Part shown: piece by piece, positions 52,329 to 62,078 of the stretch
Layout: every line of letters begins with the position of its first letter
Numbering within the stretch: the first letter of the stretch is position 1
Program-made: the position numbers and the translations under genes
IMG/VR virus record: IMGVR_UViG_3300027969_000040
Direction: 5' to 3' (one strand)
DNA length: 64,000 nt
Source: a virus
Taxonomy: Duplodnaviria > Caudoviricetes
The notes under the pieces: model-generated
The model's input: the letters and a program-made list of their open reading frames with translations, nothing else
Told to the model about the DNA's origin: nothing
The model's database searches: none

Positions 52329-52667
52329 TTACTCCTTCATTGCGCCAATTTTCTTTGGACCAAATCCCTGTCTATCTTCCAAGACAGCAATGTGCTGACG
52401 GTTCTCCATGATAGCATCACGGTTCTTTTGGATTTCTTTTTCAAGATCTTGACGCAGTTTCTCACGTGCCAATTCAGCACCGCTGTTACTTGCTTGTTTA
52501 TTGTCCGTAGTAACAACCAAACTAACTTTCTGATTTAAAATTGTCACATCATGTTGGATAGCACTTAACGATGAAATTAAATATCCAACTGATCCAACTA
52601 ATAAAGGTAATAGAGCAAACAATAGTTTCTCTACAAATGCACCTTTTTCTTTGTTTTCTTCTGCCAT
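52329..52667 (-). CDS. Membrane-anchored coiled-coil protein (lysis region)
   Basis: N-terminal TM and coiled coil; downstream of the endolysin. Confidence 0.55.
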   Translation of the reverse strand: MAEENKEKGAFVEKLLFALLPLLVGSVGYLISSLSAIQHDVTILNQKVSLVVTTDNKQASNSGAELAREKLRQDLEKEIQKNRDAIMENRQHIAVLEDRQGFGPKKIGAMKE

Positions 52668-52689
52668 TTTTCGCTCCTTAGTACTTTTA

Positions 52690-53313
52690 TTAAGCACCTA
52701 GAACATGTAGTGCATGTTCGTAGTGTTTGATACGATCTTCTAAACCAATGTAACCACCATTGATTTTTCGGGTCATTGTTTTAATATCGCCGGCGTCGGC
52801 CTGTACATTTAAATTATTGCTTTCCCAGAACCAGCAGGCACTTTGTACAGCACCTTCAAATGTGGCTAAAAATTCTGGAATATCTTCTACAGGTGTTTCT
52901 ATACTTTCTGCAAACCGGGTATAGTTATCCTTGCCAGTGAGCTGAATTAATCCACGACCGCAATACTTGTAGCCATCACCACTATGCTCGTCGCCATTGC
53001 CCATACGATTAGCATAGACTCGATTGGCAATCATTTCTTGCTTGCCTGCATATGCATTGGCTAAATCGTCACTGGGAAAATACTTAGGAAATACCTTACG
53101 TAAGGTTACAGCACGATAGTTTAAGTTTTCTTTTAAAAATACAAACCCGCCACTTTCATGAGCGCATTGTGCAAGGAATGCTGCTACTCTGTTTGGGGTA
53201 TTAATATCGTAATCCGGAAGGGCTAATTCTAGTGCATGATACCAATGGTCAAGATAGGGATTTTTTGGAAGTAATTGAGATAGTTGTTCAATTGATAAAA
53301 TAAAATCTGACAT
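52690..53313 (-). CDS. Endolysin, glycoside hydrolase family 19
   Basis: AAFLAQCAHESGGF, YCGRGLIQLTGKDNY, SACWFW, TRKINGG..GL.DR. Confidence 0.92.
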   Translation of the reverse strand: MSDFILSIEQLSQLLPKNPYLDHWYHALELALPDYDINTPNRVAAFLAQCAHESGGFVFLKENLNYRAVTLRKVFPKYFPSDDLANAYAGKQEMIANRVYANRMGNGDEHSGDGYKYCGRGLIQLTGKDNYTRFAESIETPVEDIPEFLATFEGAVQSACWFWESNNLNVQADAGDIKTMTRKINGGYIGLEDRIKHYEHALHVLGA

Positions 53314-53316
53314 GAT

Positions 53317-53433
53317 TTACTCCTTACGAAATATAGCTAAAACTTTAGCCTGTATATTTTTAGCAAATTCGGGTTGTGGAAAATTCCACCCTACAAATGC
53401 ACCTAGTGCTAACCAAAACAATGTTTCTAACAT
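53317..53433 (-). CDS. Small membrane protein (38 aa) in the lysis cassette, missing from the ORF track
   Basis: MLETLFWLALGAFVGWNFPQPEFAKNIQAKVLAIFRKE with AAGGAG RBS. Confidence 0.6.
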   Translation of the reverse strand: MLETLFWLALGAFVGWNFPQPEFAKNIQAKVLAIFRKE

Positions 53434-53434
53434 A

Positions 53435-53716
53435 TTAATCTCCTTGTACTTCTTCAAATATTTTCTTCTGTGCCTGGTACCATTCTATCCATGCATCACT
53501 TTTTACAGCACATTCATAATATGTTGTATAATTTAATGTAACAGTTTTTGTAAAATCAATAATACTAACTGAATCACCTTCTATAGTTTTTAACTGCGGA
53601 CATTTTTCCATTATTAATATAGGAGCGTCGGGAAATCTAACAGTAACTGGTACGGTAGTACTACATCCTGCAATTAATAAAATAGATGCAATGGCAAGTA
53701 ATTTAATTAATTTCAT
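53435..53716 (-). CDS. Outer-membrane lipoprotein, o-spanin (Rz1-like)
   Basis: Lipobox LIAG-C followed by a Pro-rich segment. Confidence 0.75.
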   Translation of the reverse strand: MKLIKLLAIASILLIAGCSTTVPVTVRFPDAPILIMEKCPQLKTIEGDSVSIIDFTKTVTLNYTTYYECAVKSDAWIEWYQAQKKIFEEVQGD

Positions 53717-54174
53717 TTATTAGCCTCGATGGGTTGATTTAATGCTGCTGCATTGTGTGTATTAACAATAATTTGCGGAATAGGGCAATTTTCTACAAAC
53801 TTGATAACTTCTCGATCTTTAACTACTTCACGATCAACATAGTTGATAATATCGTCACCGCGTGTTCTAACCAGTTCAAGTTTCTTAACAGTTTTAGTTA
53901 CAATTTGAACATTGGTTTCTTGGCTTTTTGCTTCAGCTTCTGCAACCTTGACCTGCATTTCTGCCACACGGGCTTCCCATGCTGCTTGATTACTCATTGC
54001 ACCTTCAAACCATACGCCTGTTACAATTAGTAATATTGCTCCAACTTGTATAGGCAATCGGTAAGTACTAATAACTGGTATGAATTTTAATACAAGACTA
54101 GCAAGTAATCCTAATACACCTGCTAACAGTATGGCATGGAATATCCAATCGGGTAAAAAATTCATTAGCCACAT
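53713..54174 (-). CDS. Inner-membrane spanin (Rz-like)
   Basis: N-terminal TMs, periplasmic coiled coil and C-terminal CPIP; ATGA-type coupling to the o-spanin. Confidence 0.7.
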   Translation of the reverse strand: MWLMNFLPDWIFHAILLAGVLGLLASLVLKFIPVISTYRLPIQVGAILLIVTGVWFEGAMSNQAAWEARVAEMQVKVAEAEAKSQETNVQIVTKTVKKLELVRTRGDDIINYVDREVVKDREVIKFVENCPIPQIIVNTHNAAALNQPIEANK

Positions 54175-54758
54175 TATCTAATTCCTGCTGCTATTCTTAA
54201 ACTCTCTGTAAAATCATTTTTAGGTGCTTCTGTATTAACGTTAATACCAGCAGCGGTTTTCAATTGATCTATGGAGTTTTGTTTTTGTTTGTTCTTAGCT
54301 CTATATTGGGCCGGTGTGTTTGGGATAGCCAAATCCAATGATTCCTGATCGATAGCAATTGGAGTTTTTAAATTAGAGTATTCCAATTGCCATGAATCCA
54401 TTTTATTTCCGGTTAACTGCTCTAAGTCTCGGAACATTTTCATTAAGTTTTCTGGCACATCCGGTGTGCGTTCCATCTCAACAAATACTAGATACGATCC
54501 ATCAAATAGTTCACCAGAACTAACATCGGCATCTGCTACCCATTCGTATCCTTTTTCAATAAAATTAACAAGATCGACAGCTGGTTGTTTACTTTGTAGT
54601 TGGAACGTTATAACTACAATTTCGTCGTCTGTTCCCATTTTACTTTTGTATTCGTCGATAGTCACGCGAGTAGAAACCAAACGATCAAGATCGCCGTGTT
54701 CGAGCCCTTCTTCTAAGGGCTTATTAAATGTTTGGTTGTGAAAATGTATTTTGTTCAT
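54174..54758 (-). CDS. Conserved hypothetical phage protein
   Basis: IDEYKSKMG.DDEIVV motif; start MNKIHF. Confidence 0.6.
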   Translation of the reverse strand: MNKIHFHNQTFNKPLEEGLEHGDLDRLVSTRVTIDEYKSKMGTDDEIVVITFQLQSKQPAVDLVNFIEKGYEWVADADVSSGELFDGSYLVFVEMERTPDVPENLMKMFRDLEQLTGNKMDSWQLEYSNLKTPIAIDQESLDLAIPNTPAQYRAKNKQKQNSIDQLKTAAGINVNTEAPKNDFTESLRIAAGIR

Positions 54759-55272
54759 TTGGTAATCCGCTTTGATCTTTGTAAACATCGTCCTCTAGTC
54801 CAACTTCGTATGCTTGTTCAATGTCCTCAATGTCAATTGTTTCTGATTCTAATTCGAGACTGCCTTGATGTATATCATGCATTAATTGTTTAGGCATAGT
54901 AATAGTTACTAGCCAAATTTGTTTTTTTGCTAATTTTGGAACTTTTGTACCCGATTTGAAATCCGACGGGTCGTCAACATGTACAGAATATGCTAAAGAT
55001 TCTTCTTGGTATGTGACGTTGCACTTATAATCAAGCAACCTCTCGCCGCCGCGTGGATCGGGCATTAAATTATAAGGCCACATAAATGTGCAAGTAACGA
55101 AATATTTTTCGTAAATAGGACCCTCGACTAGTTCGCCTTTGTTCCAATTTTTAAATACATAAGTGTCAAGTTCATCTAATACACGTTCAAAATCCATAAG
55201 ACTTTCTAACGCACTGTTGGTCATATAGATATTTTTTGTATTTGCAATAACATCTTTAATGTGTTTGGCCAT
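54724..55272 (-). CDS. Conserved hypothetical phage protein
   Basis: 182 aa; MPDPRGGERL motif; upstream TAAATA at 55291-55296. Confidence 0.65.
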   Translation of the reverse strand: MAKHIKDVIANTKNIYMTNSALESLMDFERVLDELDTYVFKNWNKGELVEGPIYEKYFVTCTFMWPYNLMPDPRGGERLLDYKCNVTYQEESLAYSVHVDDPSDFKSGTKVPKLAKKQIWLVTITMPKQLMHDIHQGSLELESETIDIEDIEQAYEVGLEDDVYKDQSGLPNEQNTFSQPNI

Positions 55273-55449
55273 ATCCGCCCTTGTTTAAATTATTTATTAC
55301 TTTTTCAAGTATACTATATTTACCAAACTGTGCAGGCTTGAGCTAGTGTTTGAGTACAGCTTAATACTTAGTCCTAATAAAAAAATGTAATCTACTAGTA
55401 AAACCCGCAGGCAGATAGCCTTAAATATTTTTGTGCGCAGGAGGCACAG

Positions 55450-56244
55450 ATGAATCAAAATCAAAATCTATTAAATTTCAGGAGAATCCATTTGTCATCA
55501 TCAGCTAAACGTAAACAACCTAGCCGCTCGTCCCGTAATCAATATAAAGAAGTAGATAATAATGTAGTAGGAATCAACGATTTTAGTCGCAGCAAACGTC
55601 AAGTTACATTACTACCAAAAACACTCAAACAGGAAGAATACATCGATTTACTAATAAACCCAAAGAAACTTATAATTTTTGCCACAGGCCCTGCAGGCAC
55701 TGGCAAAACAATGTTGGCTGTAATGGCCGCAATCAAAGCCTACAAAGAAGGTCAAATTAATAAAATTATTATAACCAGACCTGCCGTGGGTGTAGATGAT
55801 GAGCAGCACGGATTCCTTCCGGGGGATCTTAATGCTAAAATGGAGCCCTGGACTCGCCCAATTATGGACGTCATAGGCGAATACTATTCAACCCGTGAAA
55901 TCGCAGATATGCTAGCTAACCAAACCATAGAGATCTCTCCCCTAGCATATATGAGAGGCAGAAACTTTAAGCGTAGTTGGATCATCTTTGATGAATCTCA
56001 AAACGCCACACTTAACCAGATGAAGATGGTTCTTACTCGCCTCAGCGAAGGGTCTAAATTAGTAGTCACCGGTGACTTACATCAAATGGATAGAAAATTT
56101 GAAGCAGACAATGGCCTAAGAGATTTTATTGACCGACTAGAAAAATCTGGTAGTTCGGCAATTGCCAATGTTAACTTTTCTCGACGAGATGTACAACGGC
56201 ATCCTGTTGTTGCGGAGGTACTAAAATTATACGGAGAAAATTAA
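55450..56244 (+). CDS. phoH: PhoH-like ATPase
   Basis: GPAGTGKT, TRPAV, GFLPG, PLAYMRGR, DESQN, GDLHQMD, RHP.V. Confidence 0.93.
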   Translation: MNQNQNLLNFRRIHLSSSAKRKQPSRSSRNQYKEVDNNVVGINDFSRSKRQVTLLPKTLKQEEYIDLLINPKKLIIFATGPAGTGKTMLAVMAAIKAYKEGQINKIIITRPAVGVDDEQHGFLPGDLNAKMEPWTRPIMDVIGEYYSTREIADMLANQTIEISPLAYMRGRNFKRSWIIFDESQNATLNQMKMVLTRLSEGSKLVVTGDLHQMDRKFEADNGLRDFIDRLEKSGSSAIANVNFSRRDVQRHPVVAEVLKLYGEN

Positions 56245-56249
56245 TAACA

Positions 56250-56276
56250 AAATAAATGGGCCTAGCCCATTTATTT
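56250..56276. terminator. Bidirectional terminator between convergent phoH and HNH-like gene
   Basis: AAATAAATGGGC-CTA-GCCCATTTATTT perfect inverted repeat. Confidence 0.85.
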
Positions 56277-56831
56277 TATGTTCAAGTGTTTAAAATACTC
56301 GTAATGTTTTTCTAACGTCCATGTCGTTGGATCTATAGCGGTCCCATCATGTGTTTGATACTTTGCATCAAACACATTGGTATAACGTTCAAACGGCAAC
56401 CACATGTTAGGAGTCTTACTAGACCAACCTGCATCTTTGAGCATTGCATGTTTAGCACGACTTAATCTTACTGTGGGCGCATTTAATGCTTGCTCGATGG
56501 TGATTGCACTAGCCAGCAGCAAATCACGAATACGACTTGCTGGTATCAGGTGTTCAAAGTCGCACTCGTCGTCGGCGTCAACTTCATGATAATGTGCTTT
56601 CATGCCGTCCCGTTGTTCAATGCAGTATTCATGATATCTACGTAGGTAGTATTCAATGTCTTTACGAATTTCTTGTAGCCATTGCTGGTCATTTTTAACA
56701 GACTGATATTCAATTAACAATTTTTCAATTTGTATTAAACATCGTTTAGCAAGTGTCCTATAGGTATCGGGGCTACGTTTAGTTTTACCATACACTGGTG
56801 CCGTAAAAGCCTCGAGCAAATCTTTAATCAT
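56271..56831 (-). CDS. Putative HNH-like nuclease
   Basis: DFEHLIP motif resembling the DUF1524/HNH His-Me finger. Confidence 0.4.
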   Translation of the reverse strand: MIKDLLEAFTAPVYGKTKRSPDTYRTLAKRCLIQIEKLLIEYQSVKNDQQWLQEIRKDIEYYLRRYHEYCIEQRDGMKAHYHEVDADDECDFEHLIPASRIRDLLLASAITIEQALNAPTVRLSRAKHAMLKDAGWSSKTPNMWLPFERYTNVFDAKYQTHDGTAIDPTTWTLEKHYEYFKHLNIK

Positions 56832-57369
56832 TGGTATCCTCAAATAAATTGTTCCATAAATCAACGCTTACAAATGCCTTGCCGTCAATATATGCTTCGT
56901 CTTTAATATTACCAATTGGCTTGTATCCAAATTGATCAACGTGTTCTTTTATTAGCTTTCTTTCAAGTTGCTTAACATGCCATTTTTTATCTGACGCATT
57001 GGGACTTTGAATTTCAGTTTGATCCATGATAATAATTTTCATACCGTTACGATTTAAATGATTACCTGTCTGTGCAAAATATTCAGCATCAATATCAATC
57101 ATATCTTTACCACTAGACCCGTGCAGTCTAATACCCCATCCGTCTAGGTTACCAGCCTGCCGATAAATTCTCTCTCCGGAATCCGAAGTAGTATTAGATG
57201 GAATGCTCAGTCCATATTTAATAACAATGCCGTTGAATATAAATGCATAGACATAATCAGAAATTTTTAAAGATTTCATAGCCTTTAAAATTTCTGAATA
57301 ATGCCGCATTTCACCAAGGTCGAACTCCCATGTAGGGCACGGGTCCCCGGTTATATATTTTACGCTCAT
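56824..57369 (-). CDS. Putative GIY-YIG-like nuclease
   Basis: YVYAF...IKYGLS...R..., LERKLI..H...P.GN pattern. Confidence 0.5.
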   Translation of the reverse strand: MSVKYITGDPCPTWEFDLGEMRHYSEILKAMKSLKISDYVYAFIFNGIVIKYGLSIPSNTTSDSGERIYRQAGNLDGWGIRLHGSSGKDMIDIDAEYFAQTGNHLNRNGMKIIIMDQTEIQSPNASDKKWHVKQLERKLIKEHVDQFGYKPIGNIKDEAYIDGKAFVSVDLWNNLFEDTND

Positions 57370-58427
57370 ACTATTTCCTGATTTAATTGTGGGATTAAGC
57401 CGTCTGCAATGTTATCTTCAATGATACCCATAGTAGAACCTGCACCATGATATGGAAGATTAATAGTGCCACCTGCCAGCAAATAAATTTCACGCAAAAA
57501 ATTACTCATTGCTTCAGGAGCACTCCAGCTGGCACCCGGACGAACATGTGCCCATTGTATTTTGGCTTTGGAGTGAATTGTTCCTGAACTGTTGAATACT
57601 GTCTTTACAATTTTTAATACTTCTTTCATCCAGCCTGCAGGCATTGCAGTAGTTTCTACCCTTGCTAACTTATGCAATTCCAACAGACCAATGTAGACAC
57701 CCTGATCAATTTCCTCACCAATTGGAAATACTTCTTTAATGGTACTAAGTATTTCTAACAATACTTTACCGCTGTCATCAACCTCAATACCTTTTTGGGC
57801 ATACTTAAAGTGACTAAAATAATAATCGTTGTCTCCACGAAGATTATCACTATTGCGTGACCCTTTGTCTTGTAAGTCAATTCTGGCAGAGTCAAATTGA
57901 TCTTGCATTATTTTAGCACGAACTACTTTAACATCTCGACTACCGTTTTTATAACGTACCAATGCATTACGATGCAAGTCGCCAGGTGTCAGACGCTTAA
58001 CACCAGTGTCATTAAGCATTTCAAATGCATAGCTGGCAAAATTAGGATCGTCTGTTTCTACCACAGCACATGGAATTTCTGTGAATCCTAAAATGCCAGC
58101 TGCAATAGTACGATGTTGTGCATCATACAAATATGTATTCGGCTTACCAATAAAGCGACATGCAGACCCAGGCGAACAAATACGCGGATCCCACTTACGC
58201 ATGATATTGATAATATGCTTGTGAATAACATCACGTTGTACTTCATAGTCAATCCAAAGATCTTCAATCTTTAACATTGCGCTAATGGGGAATTTATGTG
58301 ATAAAGCCTGGGCACGAGCTTGCCAGGCATTAATATCTTTTTGTGTTACACCGTAGTGTGCTTTGAGTTGGTTTTCGACTTCGGCGATAACGTCGGTCAG
58401 TTTACGTGTGAGGCGTTTTGCAGCCAT
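57366..58427 (-). CDS. ParB/Srx-like N-terminal domain protein
   Basis: IDYEVQRD...WDP...YLYDAQHRTIAA (DGQHR-like motif). Confidence 0.65.
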   Translation of the reverse strand: MAAKRLTRKLTDVIAEVENQLKAHYGVTQKDINAWQARAQALSHKFPISAMLKIEDLWIDYEVQRDVIHKHIINIMRKWDPRICSPGSACRFIGKPNTYLYDAQHRTIAAGILGFTEIPCAVVETDDPNFASYAFEMLNDTGVKRLTPGDLHRNALVRYKNGSRDVKVVRAKIMQDQFDSARIDLQDKGSRNSDNLRGDNDYYFSHFKYAQKGIEVDDSGKVLLEILSTIKEVFPIGEEIDQGVYIGLLELHKLARVETTAMPAGWMKEVLKIVKTVFNSSGTIHSKAKIQWAHVRPGASWSAPEAMSNFLREIYLLAGGTINLPYHGAGSTMGIIEDNIADGLIPQLNQEIV

Positions 58428-58522
58428 ATATGCTCCTTGGGTTAAATCGGAGCACCATGCTCCTACCGCTACTTGAACAAATGACGCACTATGCACCCTA
58501 CGTTCTCCTAGCAAGTTCTTCT

Positions 58523-58551
58523 ATTATAAGGCAAAAACTGCCTATTGTCAA
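58523..58551 (-). promoter_or_regulatory. sigma70 promoter TTGACA-N17-TATAAT for the ParB-like operon
   Basis: Perfect consensus on the minus strand. Confidence 0.85.
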
Positions 58552-58569
58552 CCTCTTTTTGAGGTTTTT

Positions 58570-59157
58570 TTACGGGATAAACGTAACAATATTGTATATT
58601 TCCCGCCAGTTTTTAACGGTTGTATACTGAGCACTAGGTTTGTCCATGTTATGCCCGTGTTCCATTAATATACTAGATAATCCCATTGAATTACCCGTTA
58701 TAGCATTGTCAATTTTATCCTCAATCCACCAAAGTTTTGAACCTTTATAAGGTGCAAGAGCTTGATCCTTGTCTGCACCTGTGTCTAAGAAAACAAATTT
58801 CTCAAATGCAGTCTTACCAAATAATTTGCGTAAGTTCATTTTACGTAGTTCTTGGGCATTTTTATCTGCACTCAAACTAGTAATACAATGAAACACATAA
58901 CCATGTTCTTCATGCAGACGTTTAACATAGTACATACTATCTCTAAGTGCTGGCAAGAATCCAATGGCAGCACTTTCGTTGAACATTTTAATTAATTTCT
59001 TACTTTGTTCAACATCAATGCCATATCGTTTGCCTATGCAGTATTTCAAATTGCCACCTTCTTGTTTGGCAAATCCGTGTTGCTGCATCCAAATATCAAA
59101 TGCGTATTCCCAGTCTAACAATACTCCATCTGCATCAGTAAGTATAATTTTTTCCAT
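58570..59157 (-). CDS. HAD-superfamily 5'(3')-nucleotidase-like phosphatase
   Basis: ILTDADGVLLDW (DxD), ITS, K, WIEDK motifs. Confidence 0.8.
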   Translation of the reverse strand: MEKIILTDADGVLLDWEYAFDIWMQQHGFAKQEGGNLKYCIGKRYGIDVEQSKKLIKMFNESAAIGFLPALRDSMYYVKRLHEEHGYVFHCITSLSADKNAQELRKMNLRKLFGKTAFEKFVFLDTGADKDQALAPYKGSKLWWIEDKIDNAITGNSMGLSSILMEHGHNMDKPSAQYTTVKNWREIYNIVTFIP

Positions 59158-59405
59158 TATCGTCCCTGGTTGCGTAATATCCAAGCTCTGATTGTTTCAA
59201 TGTTATTTTCAAGTCGCCGATTTTTCATTTCTAAATATTCTAATCGTTGACGCATAACAGACATCTCTGCAGACACCGATTCAACTGATTGTTTAGTGTC
59301 TTTGAGTTCTTTAACTTGACCTAATAGCGTCGGAGGTGGTGGCGCATTGGGATCTCTTACCCTGGTCTTTTTTTGCCGATATAATTTATTAAGCAGCGGG
59401 TTCAT
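59157..59405 (-). CDS. Hypothetical coiled-coil protein
   Basis: 82 aa ORF in the operon. Confidence 0.55.
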   Translation of the reverse strand: MNPLLNKLYRQKKTRVRDPNAPPPPTLLGQVKELKDTKQSVESVSAEMSVMRQRLEYLEMKNRRLENNIETIRAWILRNQGR

Positions 59406-59856
59406 AGTGTTCGTTGGTACTAATTGATCCAGATATTACTGCTGAAATTTCAGCATTTTCTATAGCAGGTGTTTCAACTAATATTTCGTCTGCACCAATA
59501 TCTACTACATGAGTAACGTCGCTGGGTTTGCTTAAAAACCTAGTCATATACTCTGGATCTAATTGATCCATAATATCTTTTGTATACTTGGGATAGCCAG
59601 ACATGAAATATGCAAACATTGTATCAAAATTACTATCTGGTTCCCATGCATTTCTGACTACTATTTTATTTCCAAGATCCAAGATAATCTTAGCGGTTGT
59701 TTTGTCGGATGTTTTTAAGTTCCTAACAACAGCCACTTGTTCGTCGTATTGTACAGCATTTTGTTCTTTCATCCAGCCCTTGTCCTGTGTTCTAACACTT
59801 TTAGATTTGGGACGAATATAGTAATATGCTACCAAGTATATAGTTTGTTTTTTCAT
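59389..59856 (-). CDS. Hypothetical protein
   Basis: 155 aa ORF following the clamp loader. Confidence 0.6.
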   Translation of the reverse strand: MKKQTIYLVAYYYIRPKSKSVRTQDKGWMKEQNAVQYDEQVAVVRNLKTSDKTTAKIILDLGNKIVVRNAWEPDSNFDTMFAYFMSGYPKYTKDIMDQLDPEYMTRFLSKPSDVTHVVDIGADEILVETPAIENAEISAVISGSISTNEHYEPAA

Positions 59857-59860
59857 TTGT

Positions 59861-60796
59861 TTACCTATTTAGTGAAATGAGTTCTGTTAATGTTGCACTT
59901 AAATTAATTTCTGCATCTGCGCAACTGTTGTGATTAACCAATCCTCTACGGATAATTAAAATAGCTTCATCTTTACCTTCTTCTGTGTCACTCCAAAGAT
60001 CAAGATTATCGTAAGTCCATCGAAATACTTCTTCCATTTCTTCTGGCCTTGCTTGGCTACATATCAATTCTCGTGCCTGCCTAAACTTGCCCATTTTAAA
60101 TAAATTAACTGCATCTAATCTAAAATCATTAGCAGCAGATCCGATTTCTTTTGGCTCGTTTAATTTTCCGCTTACGCTATTTGTCTGCACTAAGTTCAAA
60201 CATTTACGTAGATCTGGATATGTAGCTTTTACATAGCTATCTAATGTGTCTAGGTCAAAGTCGATATTTTCTTCCATTAGCACCATAGCAGCTCTTGCGG
60301 TGAATTCTGTTTGATCTGTTTTCTCAATATGAATTTCATGACATCTGCTATGCAATGGCGGAATAATTTTGTTTGGATAATTACACGTTAAAATAAATCT
60401 AACATTCTCACTGTAATCTTCCATCAGATTACGCATTGCCGGTTGTACACTTTCTTTATTTAAATAGTCTGCTTCATCAATTAATACTATCTTAAATGTA
60501 CCAAATGGCATAGTTTGACAAAAGCCTTCTAGCTTGTCGCGCAACCAATCAATCTTACGACCTTCCTTACTACCATTGACCATTAATACATCAATATCCT
60601 CAACTCCTAGTTGATTAATTAGTATTTTGGCCAATGTAGTTTTACCAGTGCCTGCTGGACCGTGCAATAGTAAATGCGGAATGGATTTATCTTTAATCCA
60701 AAATTCAACTTGTTCCTGTACGGATGGGTCTGTAAATACGTATCCGTCTACATTCGTAGGACGATATTTCTCTACCCAAAGTTGTGTAACTGACAT
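59861..60796 (-). CDS. Clamp loader subunit (RFC small / T4 gp44-like)
   Basis: LWVEKYRP, GPAGTGKT, LIDEAD, LTCNY, SRC, DLRK. Confidence 0.92.
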   Translation of the reverse strand: MSVTQLWVEKYRPTNVDGYVFTDPSVQEQVEFWIKDKSIPHLLLHGPAGTGKTTLAKILINQLGVEDIDVLMVNGSKEGRKIDWLRDKLEGFCQTMPFGTFKIVLIDEADYLNKESVQPAMRNLMEDYSENVRFILTCNYPNKIIPPLHSRCHEIHIEKTDQTEFTARAAMVLMEENIDFDLDTLDSYVKATYPDLRKCLNLVQTNSVSGKLNEPKEIGSAANDFRLDAVNLFKMGKFRQARELICSQARPEEMEEVFRWTYDNLDLWSDTEEGKDEAILIIRRGLVNHNSCADAEINLSATLTELISLNR

Positions 60797-60825
60797 GTGT
60801 GTGCCTTTAAAAAGTGTTATTACTA

Positions 60826-60854
60826 ATAATAACACAAGGTTGTGTGAAAGTCAA
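60826..60854 (-). promoter_or_regulatory. sigma70-type promoter TTGACT-N17-TATTAT for the clamp loader
   Basis: Read directly on the minus strand. Confidence 0.6.
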
Positions 60855-61231
60855 CGGTCTCTGGCAACTTCGTTGGCATGAATAGCAGTACTCATAGTGT
60901 CATCGTACTGTTCTTCATCGGACAATAGTAACATGTCATTTGGATCAATACGCCTGATAGTATGTTTACCGGTTTCGTCTTCAATTTCGACTCCCCGGGT
61001 CCATCTACCATGTGAAATTAAAACCCATTGACCTACATCAACATCTTTTTGCTCAGGGCCTACTGCATAGACTCTAGCCCAACGGGGACGTATACCGTGT
61101 GTTTTACCGTTGTCGCTAGGAATAAAAATCCCAGAATTGGTTAGACGTTCTTTAAAATTCATATCCGCAACCAGAATTGAATTTCCAATTGGGGTAATTT
61201 TTTTAACTTTATGTATCAGTGGGATTCCCAT
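60851..61231 (-). CDS. groES: GroES-like co-chaperonin
   Basis: TPIGNSILV...SGIFIP...VYAVGP...VDVGQWV Cpn10 pattern. Confidence 0.75.
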   Translation of the reverse strand: MGIPLIHKVKKITPIGNSILVADMNFKERLTNSGIFIPSDNGKTHGIRPRWARVYAVGPEQKDVDVGQWVLISHGRWTRGVEIEDETGKHTIRRIDPNDMLLLSDEEQYDDTMSTAIHANEVARDR

Positions 61232-61235
61232 TTTA

Positions 61236-61559
61236 TTAATTTCCGTCGTTAACTATCGAGTCTGCTAAACTTCCTCTTAGAGATCCTGCTCTAACTGCTG
61301 GTGCCACCGGCGCCTGTTGTATTAAGATGCTTTCGTCTGCGGTTAGTTCGTTTTCAGCAACAGCCACAGTGGGTGTATTCAATTGATAATAATCATTCAT
61401 AATTTGATTACGTGATCGAATAACTTCGCCCCCTGGCCCTAACTCGTCTCCCCTAGCATTAACTTTCATATTGCCAACTGCAATAGTATCTTCGTTGCTT
61501 AGTCTCAGTTTGTCGATGTCAATTGATCGTCCAAGTGCTGATCGGTGTGTATTTGCCAT
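61236..61559 (-). CDS. Conserved hypothetical phage protein
   Basis: AVGNMKVNARGDELGPGG motif. Confidence 0.65.
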   Translation of the reverse strand: MANTHRSALGRSIDIDKLRLSNEDTIAVGNMKVNARGDELGPGGEVIRSRNQIMNDYYQLNTPTVAVAENELTADESILIQQAPVAPAVRAGSLRGSLADSIVNDGN

Positions 61560-61562
61560 AAT

Positions 61563-62078
61563 TTAATCCTTTAAAAATTCCTCAATGGGTAAATCGTAGT
61601 AAAGCGAATTAATTTTATGTACTCCTAATAGGTATAATACATAGCTGGCCACGCTACTACCTCTGCCAACTCCCCATACTATGTTATTCTTTCTCATAGT
61701 GTCTACTAGATATTTAAGATAACACAGCAACGGAAACATTTTTTTCTCTTGAAACAACAATAATTCTTGCCCTACACGTTGCAAGTCTTCATCCGATTTA
61801 CATAATTCAAGTATATGTTTAGCAATATCAATGTTTTTATATTCATCTGGCATAAACCAGGATTCTTGATTTTGTTGATCAAATTCTTCTAACGAAATAT
61901 CAGAAACAACATATTGTTGTAGCTTTGGAAAATTAACATGAGTTTCATCTACACTTTTATTATAAAGTTGTGGATTATCTATTAGGAAATTCCCCAAATC
62001 TAAATCTGGTTTGTCGTATAATAAACTGAACAAGTTTTGTTCAGTTAAATGCCGCTGCCCGAATTGATCGTAATTCAT
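61563..62078 (-). CDS. Stand-alone fragment of DNA polymerase III alpha (DnaE-like)
   Basis: RVGQEL..F...YL...V...WGVGRGSSVASYVLYLLGV...L.IEEFL; ends before the PDIDxD catalytic motif. Confidence 0.75.
   Translation of the reverse strand: MNYDQFGQRHLTEQNLFSLLYDKPDLDLGNFLIDNPQLYNKSVDETHVNFPKLQQYVVSDISLEEFDQQNQESWFMPDEYKNIDIAKHILELCKSDEDLQRVGQELLLFQEKKMFPLLCYLKYLVDTMRKNNIVWGVGRGSSVASYVLYLLGVHKINSLYYDLPIEEFLKD

Noticed and set aside
55450-56244. phoH as a novel auxiliary metabolic gene
   Set aside because: PhoH is very common in large phages; nothing unusual beyond its inverted orientation.
61563-62078. Pseudogene of dnaE
   Set aside because: No frameshift remnants or downstream dnaE sequence; the ORF is cleanly coupled to its neighbours, so it is treated as a functional fragment.
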